The notes under the pieces are model-generated. The model did no database searches. It saw only the letters and a program-made list of their open reading frames with translations, and had not been told where the DNA came from. Of a stretch of 64,000 nt of DNA, positions 55,911 to 64,000 are shown one piece after another. Both the position numbers and the translations under genes were made by a program. Source of the stretch: Nitrospirota bacterium (lineage in GTDB: Bacteria; Nitrospirota; UBA9217); contig JAOUEV010000005.1 of the NCBI GenBank assembly GCA_029858565.1, positions 47,739 through 111,738 on the forward strand. The letters run 5' to 3'. The first letter of the stretch is position 1. The number at the start of each line of letters is the position of its first letter.

Positions 55911-57754
55911 CCGACCACTCGGGAAATGGAAAAGACGGGACCCTGGTCGCCGCACCGCCTTCCGCCAATGAGATGCAGGGGCCGCCGGAACAACCGAGCG
56001 AAGCGAAACCGGTCAGACACCGCCGTCCTTTTTTCATGCGCTTGTCACGATTTCTGTCATCGCTCAGCGTCCGGTCCAAGATCGCGGGCATGCTGCTGCT
56101 GGTGCTCTGCACGGCCGTGCTCTCCCTGGGCCTTTACACCTTTACCCGCCAGAATTCGCTTCTCCGGAGCGAGATGAGGAGCCGCGCAGAGACCCTGGTC
56201 CAGCAGCTGGCCTCGGCGGGCAAGGAAGGGCTGCTGACCAAACAGGAGCTTCCGGTCGTTTCCACGATCTCGGACATCCAGAACCGCGTCGACGTTGTCT
56301 ATGCCCTGGTCCTGGATGATGAAGGAAGGGTCTTTGCGCACAGCGATTTTTCGAAAAAGAACGCGGTGCTCACCGGCCCGGTGGACCGGGCGGCCATGAA
56401 AGCCGACGGCCTGCTGTTCCAGGAGGTCGACCTGATCGGGGATCCCGTGCTCGACGCGGCAGTTCCCGTGCTGCTCAAGTCCAAGAACCTCCGGATCGGC
56501 GTCGCCCGGATCGGGCTGTCGCAGAAAGCGCTGAATGAACAGATCAGCGCACAGCTGCGGACCTATCTCTGGATCGCGCTCGGTTTCATCTGCGGAGGCC
56601 TGGTGATCTCGTTCCTCGTAGCACGCATGCTCACCAAACCGCTGGACTCCCTGGAGGAAGGCATCCAGATCGTTGCCAAGGGAGACCTGCGCAAGCTCGT
56701 GCAGGTCCGATCGAATGATGAGATCGGCAGACTGACGAACGCCTTCAACCAGATGATCCTGAGCCTCCGGGAAAAGCTCCTGATGGAAAAATACCTTTCC
56801 CAGACAACGGTCCTGAGCATCAAGGAGCACCGCGATGTCTCCCAGCTGAAGCTGGGCGGCGAGCGGAAATACGTAACCGCACTGTTCTCCGACGCCCGGG
56901 GGTTCACGTCCCTTTCCGAAAAAATGACGCCCGAGGAAGTGGTCAGCCTGATGAACGTCTATCTGAACCTGCAAACCACGGTAATCCATCAGTTCGGCGG
57001 CATCGTCGACAAGTTCGTGGGCGATGAGGTCATGGCGATCTTCGAGGGCAAGGGTATGGAGGTCAATGCGGTCCGGGCCGCCGTGGAGATCCAGCATTAC
57101 TGCGAGGCATTGAACGCTGCGCGTGCCGCTGCAGGCGAGCAGACCGTCAGCGTCGGCATCGGTCTGAACAGCGGCGACGTGGTCATGGGCAACATGGGCT
57201 CCGAGGACCATATGGATTACACGGTGATCGGCGACAGCATCAATGTGGCTGCCCGGCTTTGCGGCGTAGCCCAGCCCGGACAGGTCCTGATCAGCAAGTC
57301 CACGGCCGATGAAACCGGCGACGAGACGACCCGGAACGAGCTGCCTGCGGTCCGGCTCAAGGGCAAGGACCAGCCGATCAGCATTGCAGAGATCGTTTCC
57401 GTAAAGGGCGGTTCCCGCCGCTATATGCGGAAAGAAACGGACATCCCGGTCTCCTACAGTCTGGAGGGTTTCTCCGATGAGCTGAACTCGGCCATGGTCA
57501 AGAACATCGGCCCCGCCGGCTGCCTGCTCCAGACTGAAGTTCCCATTGCCATCGGTTCGAAGCTGAACATCACTTTCAACATTTACGCGCTCGGGACGGT
57601 CACGGTCCACGCGGCGGTCTATCATGCCAGGAAGATCGAACGGCAATATTATATCGGCCTCTGCTTCGAGAACCTGCAGCAGGAGATCCGGCACAAGATC
57701 GTTCAGTGGATCCATCAGGTGAACTCGGGCATCGGCGAGGGGCTCTTTCTTTAG
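55907..57754 (+). CDS. Membrane class III adenylate cyclase (TM-sensor-TM-HAMP-cyclase-PilZ)
   Basis: Two TM helices, HAMP (TKPL...DEIGRL..AFNQM), FSDARGFT, DKFVGDEVMA, DYTVIGDSINVAARL, C-terminal RRYMR...NIGPAG PilZ-like domain. Confidence 0.9.
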   Translation: MTDHSGNGKDGTLVAAPPSANEMQGPPEQPSEAKPVRHRRPFFMRLSRFLSSLSVRSKIAGMLLLVLCTAVLSLGLYTFTRQNSLLRSEMRSRAETLVQQLASAGKEGLLTKQELPVVSTISDIQNRVDVVYALVLDDEGRVFAHSDFSKKNAVLTGPVDRAAMKADGLLFQEVDLIGDPVLDAAVPVLLKSKNLRIGVARIGLSQKALNEQISAQLRTYLWIALGFICGGLVISFLVARMLTKPLDSLEEGIQIVAKGDLRKLVQVRSNDEIGRLTNAFNQMILSLREKLLMEKYLSQTTVLSIKEHRDVSQLKLGGERKYVTALFSDARGFTSLSEKMTPEEVVSLMNVYLNLQTTVIHQFGGIVDKFVGDEVMAIFEGKGMEVNAVRAAVEIQHYCEALNAARAAAGEQTVSVGIGLNSGDVVMGNMGSEDHMDYTVIGDSINVAARLCGVAQPGQVLISKSTADETGDETTRNELPAVRLKGKDQPISIAEIVSVKGGSRRYMRKETDIPVSYSLEGFSDELNSAMVKNIGPAGCLLQTEVPIAIGSKLNITFNIYALGTVTVHAAVYHARKIERQYYIGLCFENLQQEIRHKIVQWIHQVNSGIGEGLFL

Positions 57755-57798
57755 CCCGGAGCCTGAATTGCGGAAAACCTTAACCCAGAGAAAGGCGA

Positions 57799-57827
57799 TT
57801 GACATTTAGCGGGATTACAGCTAAGCT
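57799..57827 (+). promoter_or_regulatory. Sigma70 promoter of the RRM gene
   Basis: TTGACA-17 nt-TAAGCT. Confidence 0.7.
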
Positions 57828-57870
57828 AATATTTATCGAGGGGATTTTGGCACGTTCCTGCTGAACACCG

Positions 57871-57906
57871 ACCGCAGAAACTGCATGGTTTTTGCGGTTT
57901 TTTTTT
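57871..57906 (+). terminator. Terminator-like hairpin in the RRM leader
   Basis: ACCGCAGAAAC-TGCATG-GTTTTTGCGGT followed by T8. Confidence 0.7.
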
Positions 57907-57928
57907 CAATCCACCGGATGGAGGGACC

Positions 57929-58288
57929 ATGGGAAAGAAGTTGTATGTAGGAAACCTGGCGTACAGCACCACAGAGGACGATCTGCGCGATACCTTCGCG
58001 AAGATCGGCGAGGTCGCGTCGGCAAAGCTGATCATTGATCCGACGAACGGCCGGTCCAAGGGATTCGGGTTCGTGGAAATGGGATCGGACGACGATGCAC
58101 AGAAGGCGATCTCGCAGTTGAATGGGACCGACCTGCACGGCAGGACCATCACGGTCAACGAGGCCCGGCCTCCGAAGGAACGCGGCGGCGGTGGCTATGG
58201 CGGCGGTGGTTACGGCGGTGGCGGCAGAGGCGGTGAACGTCGCGGCGGTGGCGGCGGCAGAGGCGGCGATCGGGGCGGTTGGCGTTAA
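57929..58288 (+). CDS. RRM RNA-binding protein with a glycine-rich tail
   Basis: RNP2 LYVGNL, RNP1 KGFGFVEM, GGGGY/RGG tail. Confidence 0.97.
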   Translation: MGKKLYVGNLAYSTTEDDLRDTFAKIGEVASAKLIIDPTNGRSKGFGFVEMGSDDDAQKAISQLNGTDLHGRTITVNEARPPKERGGGGYGGGGYGGGGRGGERRGGGGGRGGDRGGWR

Positions 58289-58307
58289 TATTTACATGAT
58301 TAAAAAT

Positions 58308-58338
58308 GAAAGGGAGACCATGAGGTCTCCCTTTTTTT
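58308..58338 (+). terminator. Intrinsic terminator of the RRM gene
   Basis: AAAGGGAGACC-ATGA-GGTCTCCCTTT followed by TTTT. Confidence 0.88.
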
Positions 58339-58360
58339 GTGTCTATTTGAGGTAGAACGG

Positions 58361-58398
58361 CCCCACGTGGCCGCACGGATCGGGCAACCACGCGGGGT
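58361..58398 (-). terminator. 3' hairpin of rhlE
   Basis: Minus strand CCCCGCGTGGTTGC/GCGGCCACGTGGGG, a 14-bp stem with G-U pairs just after the rhlE stop. Confidence 0.55.
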
Positions 58399-58405
58399 TT
58401 TTTTT

Positions 58406-59746
58406 CTATTCGTAGCCCGTGACCACCGATGTTCTGGGTTTGCTTTTGCCCCACCGTGAATTGGAACCGCCTTCCGAGCGTCGCGATCCGCCGGCAAATC
58501 CCCGTTTTGCGTCGTACCTGTTGCTGCGCGAGGCATCTCCGCTGCCGGACCTGCCCCGGGAGTTCCTCGAAAAGAACTCTCTCGGCAAAGCGAGCGACGG
58601 TCCCGCGGTCGGTTTGAAGCCATCTACCTCGACAACCGGGATGGAGCGCTTCAACAGCCGCTGTATCCCTGTCATGAGTTCCTGTTCTTCCCCGGAGACC
58701 AGGGAGACCGCTTGGCCGCTCAGTCCCGCCCTTCCGGTGCGGCCGATGCGGTGTACATAATCCTCGGCAACATGAGGCAGCTCGAAATTGACCACATGGG
58801 GAAGACTCTCGATATCAATGCCCCGGGCCGCGATGTCCGTGGCCACGAGCACCCGGACCCGTCCCTGCTTGAAATCCGCCAGGGCGCGGGTGCGCGCGGT
58901 CTGGCTCTTGTTCCCGTGGATCGCCGCGGCGGTGATGCCGCCCCGGTCGAGCTGCTCAGAAAGCTTGTTCGCGCCGTGCTTGGTGCGGGTGAAGACCAGG
59001 ACCTGCTTCCAGTCTCCCTGTTTGATCAGATGCGCCAGCAGGTCGCGCTTGCGCTCCCGGTCAACGGGGTGCACGGTCTGGGAAACGCTCTCGGCGTCCA
59101 TGGTGCGCCGCGCAGCCTCGATGCTCACCGGCGCATTCATCATGCGGTCCGCGAGTTCGCGGATCTCATGGGGGAACGTGGCTGAAAAAAGAAGGTTCTG
59201 CCGCTTCGCGGGAAGCAGCTGGATGATGCGCTTGATGTCATGGATAAAACCCATGTCGAGCATGCGGTCCGCCTCGTCGAGCACCAGGATCTCGATGCCG
59301 CCGAGGTCCACATTCCTCTGGCCCGCGTGATCCAGGAGCCGGCCCGGGGTCGCCACGAGGATGTCCAAACCCCTGCGGAATGCCTGGTTCTGGGGTTCAT
59401 ACCCCACGCCGCCGAAGACCACGGTCGAGCGGAAGGACAGATGCCTGCCGAGCGCCACAACGGTCTCGCCGATCTGGGCCGCAAGCTCGCGAGTCGGCGT
59501 CAGCACTAAAACTCGGGGCCTGCGGTCCTGCGGTCCGCGCTGGCGAGGCGACGCGTTCAAAAGCTGGAGAACGGGCAGCACAAATGCCGCTGTCTTGCCT
59601 GTACCGGTCTGCGCGGACGCGACCAGGTCCTTGCCCTCGATCGCCGGCGGGATTGCCTTGAGCTGGATCTCCGTGGGCTTTTCATAGCCGCACGAGGCGA
59701 CCGCGCGCATCAGGGACGGGTGAAGATTCAATTGCTGAAATGACAT
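58406..59746 (-). CDS. rhlE: DEAD-box RNA helicase, RhlE-like
   Basis: [44 protein letters not shown]; [11 protein letters not shown] and QNLLFSATF are RhlE-typical. Start ATG 59746. Confidence 0.9.
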   Translation of the reverse strand: MSFQQLNLHPSLMRAVASCGYEKPTEIQLKAIPPAIEGKDLVASAQTGTGKTAAFVLPVLQLLNASPRQRGPQDRRPRVLVLTPTRELAAQIGETVVALGRHLSFRSTVVFGGVGYEPQNQAFRRGLDILVATPGRLLDHAGQRNVDLGGIEILVLDEADRMLDMGFIHDIKRIIQLLPAKRQNLLFSATFPHEIRELADRMMNAPVSIEAARRTMDAESVSQTVHPVDRERKRDLLAHLIKQGDWKQVLVFTRTKHGANKLSEQLDRGGITAAAIHGNKSQTARTRALADFKQGRVRVLVATDIAARGIDIESLPHVVNFELPHVAEDYVHRIGRTGRAGLSGQAVSLVSGEEQELMTGIQRLLKRSIPVVEVDGFKPTAGPSLALPREFFSRNSRGRSGSGDASRSNRYDAKRGFAGGSRRSEGGSNSRWGKSKPRTSVVTGYE

Positions 59747-59765
59747 AACTACCTTTCGTATCCAA

Positions 59766-59796
59766 GTGCGAAATGCGGAGTGCGGAGTGCGAAGTG
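59766..59796. repeat. Heptamer array (TGCGRAR) in the rhlE leader
   Basis: GTGCGAA ATGCGGA GTGCGGA GTGCGAA GTG. Confidence 0.85.
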
Positions 59797-59854
59797 AACG
59801 GATTCCAGACAGTGCACGCAACATAGCGTGATCATGCCGGGATTGCGCATTCGC

Positions 59855-59910
59855 AAAAAAAGCACCCGAAACGCGATCGGATCTTTTGATCCGCTTGCCA
59901 CAGGCGGATC
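59855..59910 (-). promoter_or_regulatory. Putative transcription attenuator in the rhlE 5' leader
   Basis: Overlapping alternative hairpins 1:2, 2:3 and 3:4, the last followed by GC-U7. Confidence 0.5.
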
Positions 59911-60129
59911 GGTTAATTGTTTTGAACCTTGGTGAGTGAGCGGAATATCGTGTGGCGGGATTGCCGCTGGGTTCCAAATACGTCTCCAACCGGAAACCCT
60001 GCTAGATGAAGCGAGAGGAAAAGGTCAGGACGAGCCTAGTTGTCTGTTACGGGAGATACTATACACTGCAGACCAGGGGAATACCACATATATTTTGAGC
60101 AGTTCGGGAAAACTTCCATCCTCCCGAGG

Positions 60130-60519
60130 TCAATCGGACAGGTCGCGTTTTTCCAGGGTCTTCATCAAGCGGTCGAATTCTATGGGTTTGCTCAGGAAAA
60201 GATCCGTACCCGTACCCGCGAAGTCGGTCCCGTCATGATGGCCGCTCATGGCTATGATGACCGACGCAGGAAAGCGCTCCCGCAGGAACCGAACGAACGA
60301 CGGCGCATACTTGCCGTCCATGCCGTAATCAATGATGAACGCGTCAAAGGGGTGGCGCAGGACATACCGGGATGCTGTAGGACAGTCAACGCTGCAGTGC
60401 ACTTCATACCCGTTCTCGTCCAGGACCATCTGGAGCACCGTCCGGAAGGTCTTGTCGTCCTCCACAACGAGCACCCGCTTCTTGTCTGTCCCGGCTGCCA
60501 TTCCCTCTTCTTCGGCCAT
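60130..60519 (-). CDS. Single-domain response regulator (CheY-like receiver)
   Basis: VLVVEDD, FIIDYGMDG (phospho-Asp), IAMSG, LSKP. Confidence 0.88.
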   Translation of the reverse strand: MAEEEGMAAGTDKKRVLVVEDDKTFRTVLQMVLDENGYEVHCSVDCPTASRYVLRHPFDAFIIDYGMDGKYAPSFVRFLRERFPASVIIAMSGHHDGTDFAGTGTDLFLSKPIEFDRLMKTLEKRDLSD

Positions 60520-60698
60520 GCATCCCTCCGCGGATACGAATCGTGCAGCGTGCTCGTAATGGCATATGAGCGCTCCAAGACTCATTCTAAGTCCGGAAAC
60601 GATGATCCGACATCCCCGGAGTGGGGTATTTTTAGGGTATCGAGTATTTGCGCATTGAAAGAATTTTAATTGGCGGGAACTGATAAAGAAGAGCACCT

Positions 60699-60825
60699 AT
60701 CCACGGATTTCACAGATCAACAGCGCTTTTAATTACCTACCGTCAATTCGAGAATCGTCTTTTGGAGTACATTCCCTTTTTATATTTAGCGGCTGAATTC
60801 GAAGTTACCTGCGCTCATCTGCGGC
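60699..60825. repeat. Degenerate inverted mini-repeat (CACGGAT/CACAGAT family)
   Basis: ATCCACGGATTTCACAGAT ... CCTGCGCTCATCTGCGGC around an AT-rich spacer. Confidence 0.5.
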
Positions 60826-60863
60826 CAGCGCCGTTTCTCCAATGATCAGAGTAAGCAATGGAG

Positions 60864-60897
60864 AAAATGAAAAGGCCGCCCGAAACAGGGCGGCCTT
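60864..60897 (-). terminator. Intrinsic terminator of fba
   Basis: AAGGCCGCCC/GGGCGGCCTT 10-bp stem followed by TTCATTTT on the minus strand. Confidence 0.8.
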
Positions 60898-60921
60898 GTT
60901 CCAGCAATTCCTGAGGAAGTC

Positions 60922-61920
60922 CTATGCCCGTCCCGCCGATCCCAGCACTTCCTTGTTCTTGTGGATGATCATCTTGATCAGTTCGTCCCGCGCCGGGCCG
61001 AGGTACTTCCGGGGATCGAACTCGGCAGGCTTTTCCGCAAGGGTCTTCCGGATCATTGCGGTCATGGCCAGCCTGCCGTCGCTGTCGATGTTCACTTTAC
61101 AGACCGCGCTCGTGGCGGCCCGGCGGAGCTGCTCGGCCGGGATGCCCACGGCGTCCTTGAGCTTGCCGCCGTTGGAGTTGATGATGTTCACGTACTCAGG
61201 CACCACCGACGACGCTCCATGCAGCACGATCGGGAAGCCCGGGATGCGCCGCTCGATCTCCTCGAGAATGTCGAATCGGAGCGGCGGCGGAACGAGCACG
61301 CCGCGCTCGTCACGGGTGCACTGCTCGGGCTTGAACTTCATGGCACCATGGGACGTGCCGATCGAGATCGCCAGGGAATCAACGCCGGTCTTTGCAACGA
61401 AATCCTCGACCTCCTCGGGCTTGGTATAGGTCGATTTCTCCGCAACCACCGCGTCCTCGATGCCGGCCAGAACGCCGAGCTCGCCTTCGACGGTCACGTT
61501 GAACTTGCGGGCGTACTGCACCACCTTCCTGGTGAGCTTCACGTTATCCTCGTAGGAATGGTGGGAACCGTCGATCATGACCGACGAGAATCCGGAATCG
61601 ATGCAGGACTTGCAGAGCTCGAAGGTGTCGCCGTGGTCCAGGTGCAGGGCGAACTTGACCGGAGATTTGGCGTCCTTGATCATGGCGACCGCGCCCATGG
61701 CCAGGAACCGGAGGAGCGTCTGGTTCGCGTACTTCCGCGCCCCGCTCGACACCTGCAGGATGAACGGCGACCTGGACTCCACGCATCCCATAACGATTGC
61801 CTGCAGCTGCTCCATGTTGTTGAAGTTGTATGCCGGGATGGCGTACCTGCCCTCCATGGCCTTCTTGAACATGCTGCGGGTGTTCACCAGACCGATGTCC
61901 TTCCAAGAGACCTTCTTCAT
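60922..61920 (-). CDS. fba: Class II fructose-bisphosphate aldolase
   Basis: AYNFNNME, LHLDHG, SVMIDGS, VEGELG, IGTSHG, VLHGAS, KVNIDSD, FDPRKYL. ATG at 61920 follows GAGGAAGGA. Confidence 0.96.
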   Translation of the reverse strand: MKKVSWKDIGLVNTRSMFKKAMEGRYAIPAYNFNNMEQLQAIVMGCVESRSPFILQVSSGARKYANQTLLRFLAMGAVAMIKDAKSPVKFALHLDHGDTFELCKSCIDSGFSSVMIDGSHHSYEDNVKLTRKVVQYARKFNVTVEGELGVLAGIEDAVVAEKSTYTKPEEVEDFVAKTGVDSLAISIGTSHGAMKFKPEQCTRDERGVLVPPPLRFDILEEIERRIPGFPIVLHGASSVVPEYVNIINSNGGKLKDAVGIPAEQLRRAATSAVCKVNIDSDGRLAMTAMIRKTLAEKPAEFDPRKYLGPARDELIKMIIHKNKEVLGSAGRA

Positions 61921-62075
61921 GTCCTTCCTCCTCGGAAATTGATCATGCGTCGGATTTGTCCGGACCGGGGCGCCCCCGGCGAACGCGCTAAGAATACAAT
62001 ACTGGACCGAAAATGGCAAGGCAAAATCAGGCGTGCGCGGGCCATCGTGCGGACAGACAATGGTTGCGAACTGCC

Positions 62076-62708
62076 TTAACCGACGGTCCTGCTGATCTCC
62101 GTGAGGCTCTTCCGCGGTTTAGAAGATGCCTTTTCATCAGGAACACCGAGAGGCAGAAGCGCTGCAATGAACTTCTCCCTGCCGTAACCAAGTATCTTCT
62201 CGAAAGCCTCCTGGGCGACCAGCGGCCCGGTCATCCAGCAGGAGCCGTAACCCAAAGCATGGGCTGCCAGGAGCATGTGCTCGATTGCTGCGGCAACGCT
62301 CTGGAGACCCGGGTTCGGCCTGAGGCGTGCAATGTCCTCGGCGCTGTAGCCCATGCGTGCCAGAAGTTGGTTCGCTGAAGCGTCATAAGCTTCCATGAAT
62401 GCCGCGATCACAACAGGAGCTTTTTCGAAAAAAGTGTAATAGTTGCTCTTGTACGCTGCAAGCCGCTGAGCCTGCTTCTCATTTTCGGCAAAAGGCAGCA
62501 TCCGGTCCACCTGCTGCCGCACAGCCTCGGCCATGTTCGCGAGCAGCGCCTTGTCCCTGAGGACCAGAAAGCTCCAGGGCTGGGTATTGTTCGCGCTCGG
62601 CGCGAGCCTGCCGGCGTCGAGGATCCGGCGGATGTCCTCTTCAGGCACGGGCTGGTCCTTGAAACGGCGGATACTCGTTCGTTGTGCGATTGCGTCGAAC
62701 AGGTCCAT
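62076..62708 (-). CDS. Nitroreductase family protein
   Basis: RTSIRRF, APSANNTQPW, LAAHALGYGSCW. Confidence 0.93.
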   Translation of the reverse strand: MDLFDAIAQRTSIRRFKDQPVPEEDIRRILDAGRLAPSANNTQPWSFLVLRDKALLANMAEAVRQQVDRMLPFAENEKQAQRLAAYKSNYYTFFEKAPVVIAAFMEAYDASANQLLARMGYSAEDIARLRPNPGLQSVAAAIEHMLLAAHALGYGSCWMTGPLVAQEAFEKILGYGREKFIAALLPLGVPDEKASSKPRKSLTEISRTVG

Positions 62709-62774
62709 GATTGCGGTCACCTCAAAGAGAAGGCCTGGTTGAACACGAGGCTTTAAATGAAACGCATGGTCTCA

Positions 62775-62954
62775 CGTGACCATTGAGTATCAGGCTGGAG
62801 ACAGATCGAACAACGCCTTTCCCGGCGCGAATCTCTCGACAGCAGGAAGTGTATAAAGCAACATTGCCAGATACACCGCCATCGTGGCCATAAAAAGCAC
62901 CAGCACCAGCTTACCCGAAGCCCGCTTCCTAAGAAAAACGGCCATGCTGTCCAT
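62775..62954 (-). pseudogene. Truncated remnant of a membrane protein gene
   Basis: One TM helix, then LFDLSPA-TGA-YS and a second stop 5 codons later. It resembles, from memory, the N-terminus of a longer D.xPxGYS membrane protein family. Confidence 0.5.
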
Positions 62955-63053
62955 GTGCAGTATCCATTTCCCGAGGTTCGGCGTGATCAAATGACCCACA
63001 TGCGGGCACGCGCCGTCTTCTGGCGCGTCACTGCCGAACCGCTCGCGATTCCT

Positions 63054-63416
63054 TCACGATGCGCCCTGCCGGGTGACGATCATATCGAAAAGTTGTTCGA
63101 AAGCGTCAAACCACTTGTGCTGCGAGATCTCGTGGACGGAAGCGCCGGTGATGAAAACACCCTTGTTCTCGTAACAATACATCACCTCGATCCCGAACGT
63201 GATCTCCCGGGAATTGGCCTTATTGAGCCGCAGGCAGCATTCCGTTCGGTCGCCGACGGCAAACTGCCGGCAGCTTTCGAACAGGATGCCGTTCCTGCTG
63301 AAATTTCCTATGACCGCTGCTACCTGTTCCTTATCGTGCCGTACCGTGAAGGTAAGGTACTTCCGGCAGGGGTCGGGAATGTCGTGCCGCGGCTCTTTTC
63401 GATTGTCGATCTTCAT
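63054..63416 (-). CDS. Stand-alone PilZ domain protein
   Basis: RKEPR (RxxxR) and NFSRNG ([DN]xSxxG). Confidence 0.82.
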   Translation of the reverse strand: MKIDNRKEPRHDIPDPCRKYLTFTVRHDKEQVAAVIGNFSRNGILFESCRQFAVGDRTECCLRLNKANSREITFGIEVMYCYENKGVFITGASVHEISQHKWFDAFEQLFDMIVTRQGAS

Positions 63417-63915
63417 GAGGCCGTCGCATCAGGAACGCCATTATGCCTGATGCCTCCCTTTCATTCAATGAACCCGATTGCGTGGCAAGGATCGTGACAG
63501 CACTTCGGGGTTACTGTTTCTACCAGCGCCTTTCATCATCTCCATATATGCTCATCATGATATTTGCATCAAGAACCATGTTCTGTACGGCCGGCCAACC
63601 TGTTTTTCAGGGGATGAAATACGGTAGCATAATTCGGCGACAAGAACAATGAAATTAGGAGGGAACGCAAAGCGCCCCATGGAGTTCCGCAAGAATCGAA
63701 CGGTCGATCAATGTCGCCGACACAATCTGTTCCCATCGTAATCCTAGCGAGCTACCATTCTCTTCATGCAATGTGTCCTGCTCCTTCAGATCACAAGATA
63801 ACGCCGGGTGGAGAAGCGCAGGTTTTCTGCGCCACGATGCACAATTAACCGGAAGTGGTTCCCGCCATCCGACGCTACCCTGCACTGAATACTTTTCGAA
63901 ACGCTCATGCGCCAC

Positions 63916-63943
63916 AAGAAAGGCCTCCCGATTCCAGGAGGCC
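63916..63943 (-). terminator. Intrinsic terminator of a gene that lies mostly beyond the window
   Basis: Minus strand GGCCTCCTG-GAAT-CGGGAGGCC followed by TTTCTT. Confidence 0.6.
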
Positions 63944-64000
63944 CGCGCATCCACAACGGATATGTTCACTCAGCCTTCGTCATGCCATGTGTTTGTACGC

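Noticed and set aside
59747-59989. 81-aa N-terminal extension of RhlE
   Set aside because: It runs through the leader hairpins and a heptamer array; the canonical MSF start with an AAGGT SD is at 59746.
62766-62792. Selenocysteine read-through at TGA followed by hairpin ATGGTC/GACCAT
   Set aside because: A second in-frame TGA follows five codons later, and the context suggests Gly rather than Cys.
63655-63969. 104-aa minus-strand ORF
   Set aside because: It has no motif or host-like codon bias, and it contains an intrinsic terminator near its 5' end.

Overview
GC-rich bacterial chromosomal segment, mostly housekeeping, with no transposase, integrase, prophage, rRNA or CRISPR array visible. 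Gene order (ispE-spoVG-tRNA-Gln-prs-rplY-pth-ychF; tmk-holB-ricT-metG-tatD/radical SAM) and outer-membrane lipoproteins suggest a diderm of the Nitrospirota/Desulfobacterota type (inference). Other contents: an 11-gene complex I-like operon nuoABCDHIJKLMN without nuoEFG, purH, tal, fba, glgC, a pabB-like gene, pilT, a DinG-family helicase, rhlE, an RRM protein, a GAF-GGDEF cyclase, a HAMP-adenylate cyclase-PilZ fusion, cysteine synthase next to a Mec-like JAB protease, and a surface cluster (Thr/Asn-rich lipoprotein, beta-propeller, frameshifted beta-barrel). Main leads: (1) a ~310-nt end-paired structured RNA candidate at 51891-52202 with an extended -10 box, a boxA-like motif, a U-tail and an embedded 39-codon ORF; (2) dispersed 7-9-mer inverted mini-repeat elements, several translated inside nuoC, a glcF-like gene and metG; (3) attenuator-like leaders on the convergent RRM and rhlE genes; (4) several apparently leaderless genes. 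All calls come from reading the sequence by eye. No database search or folding program was run.
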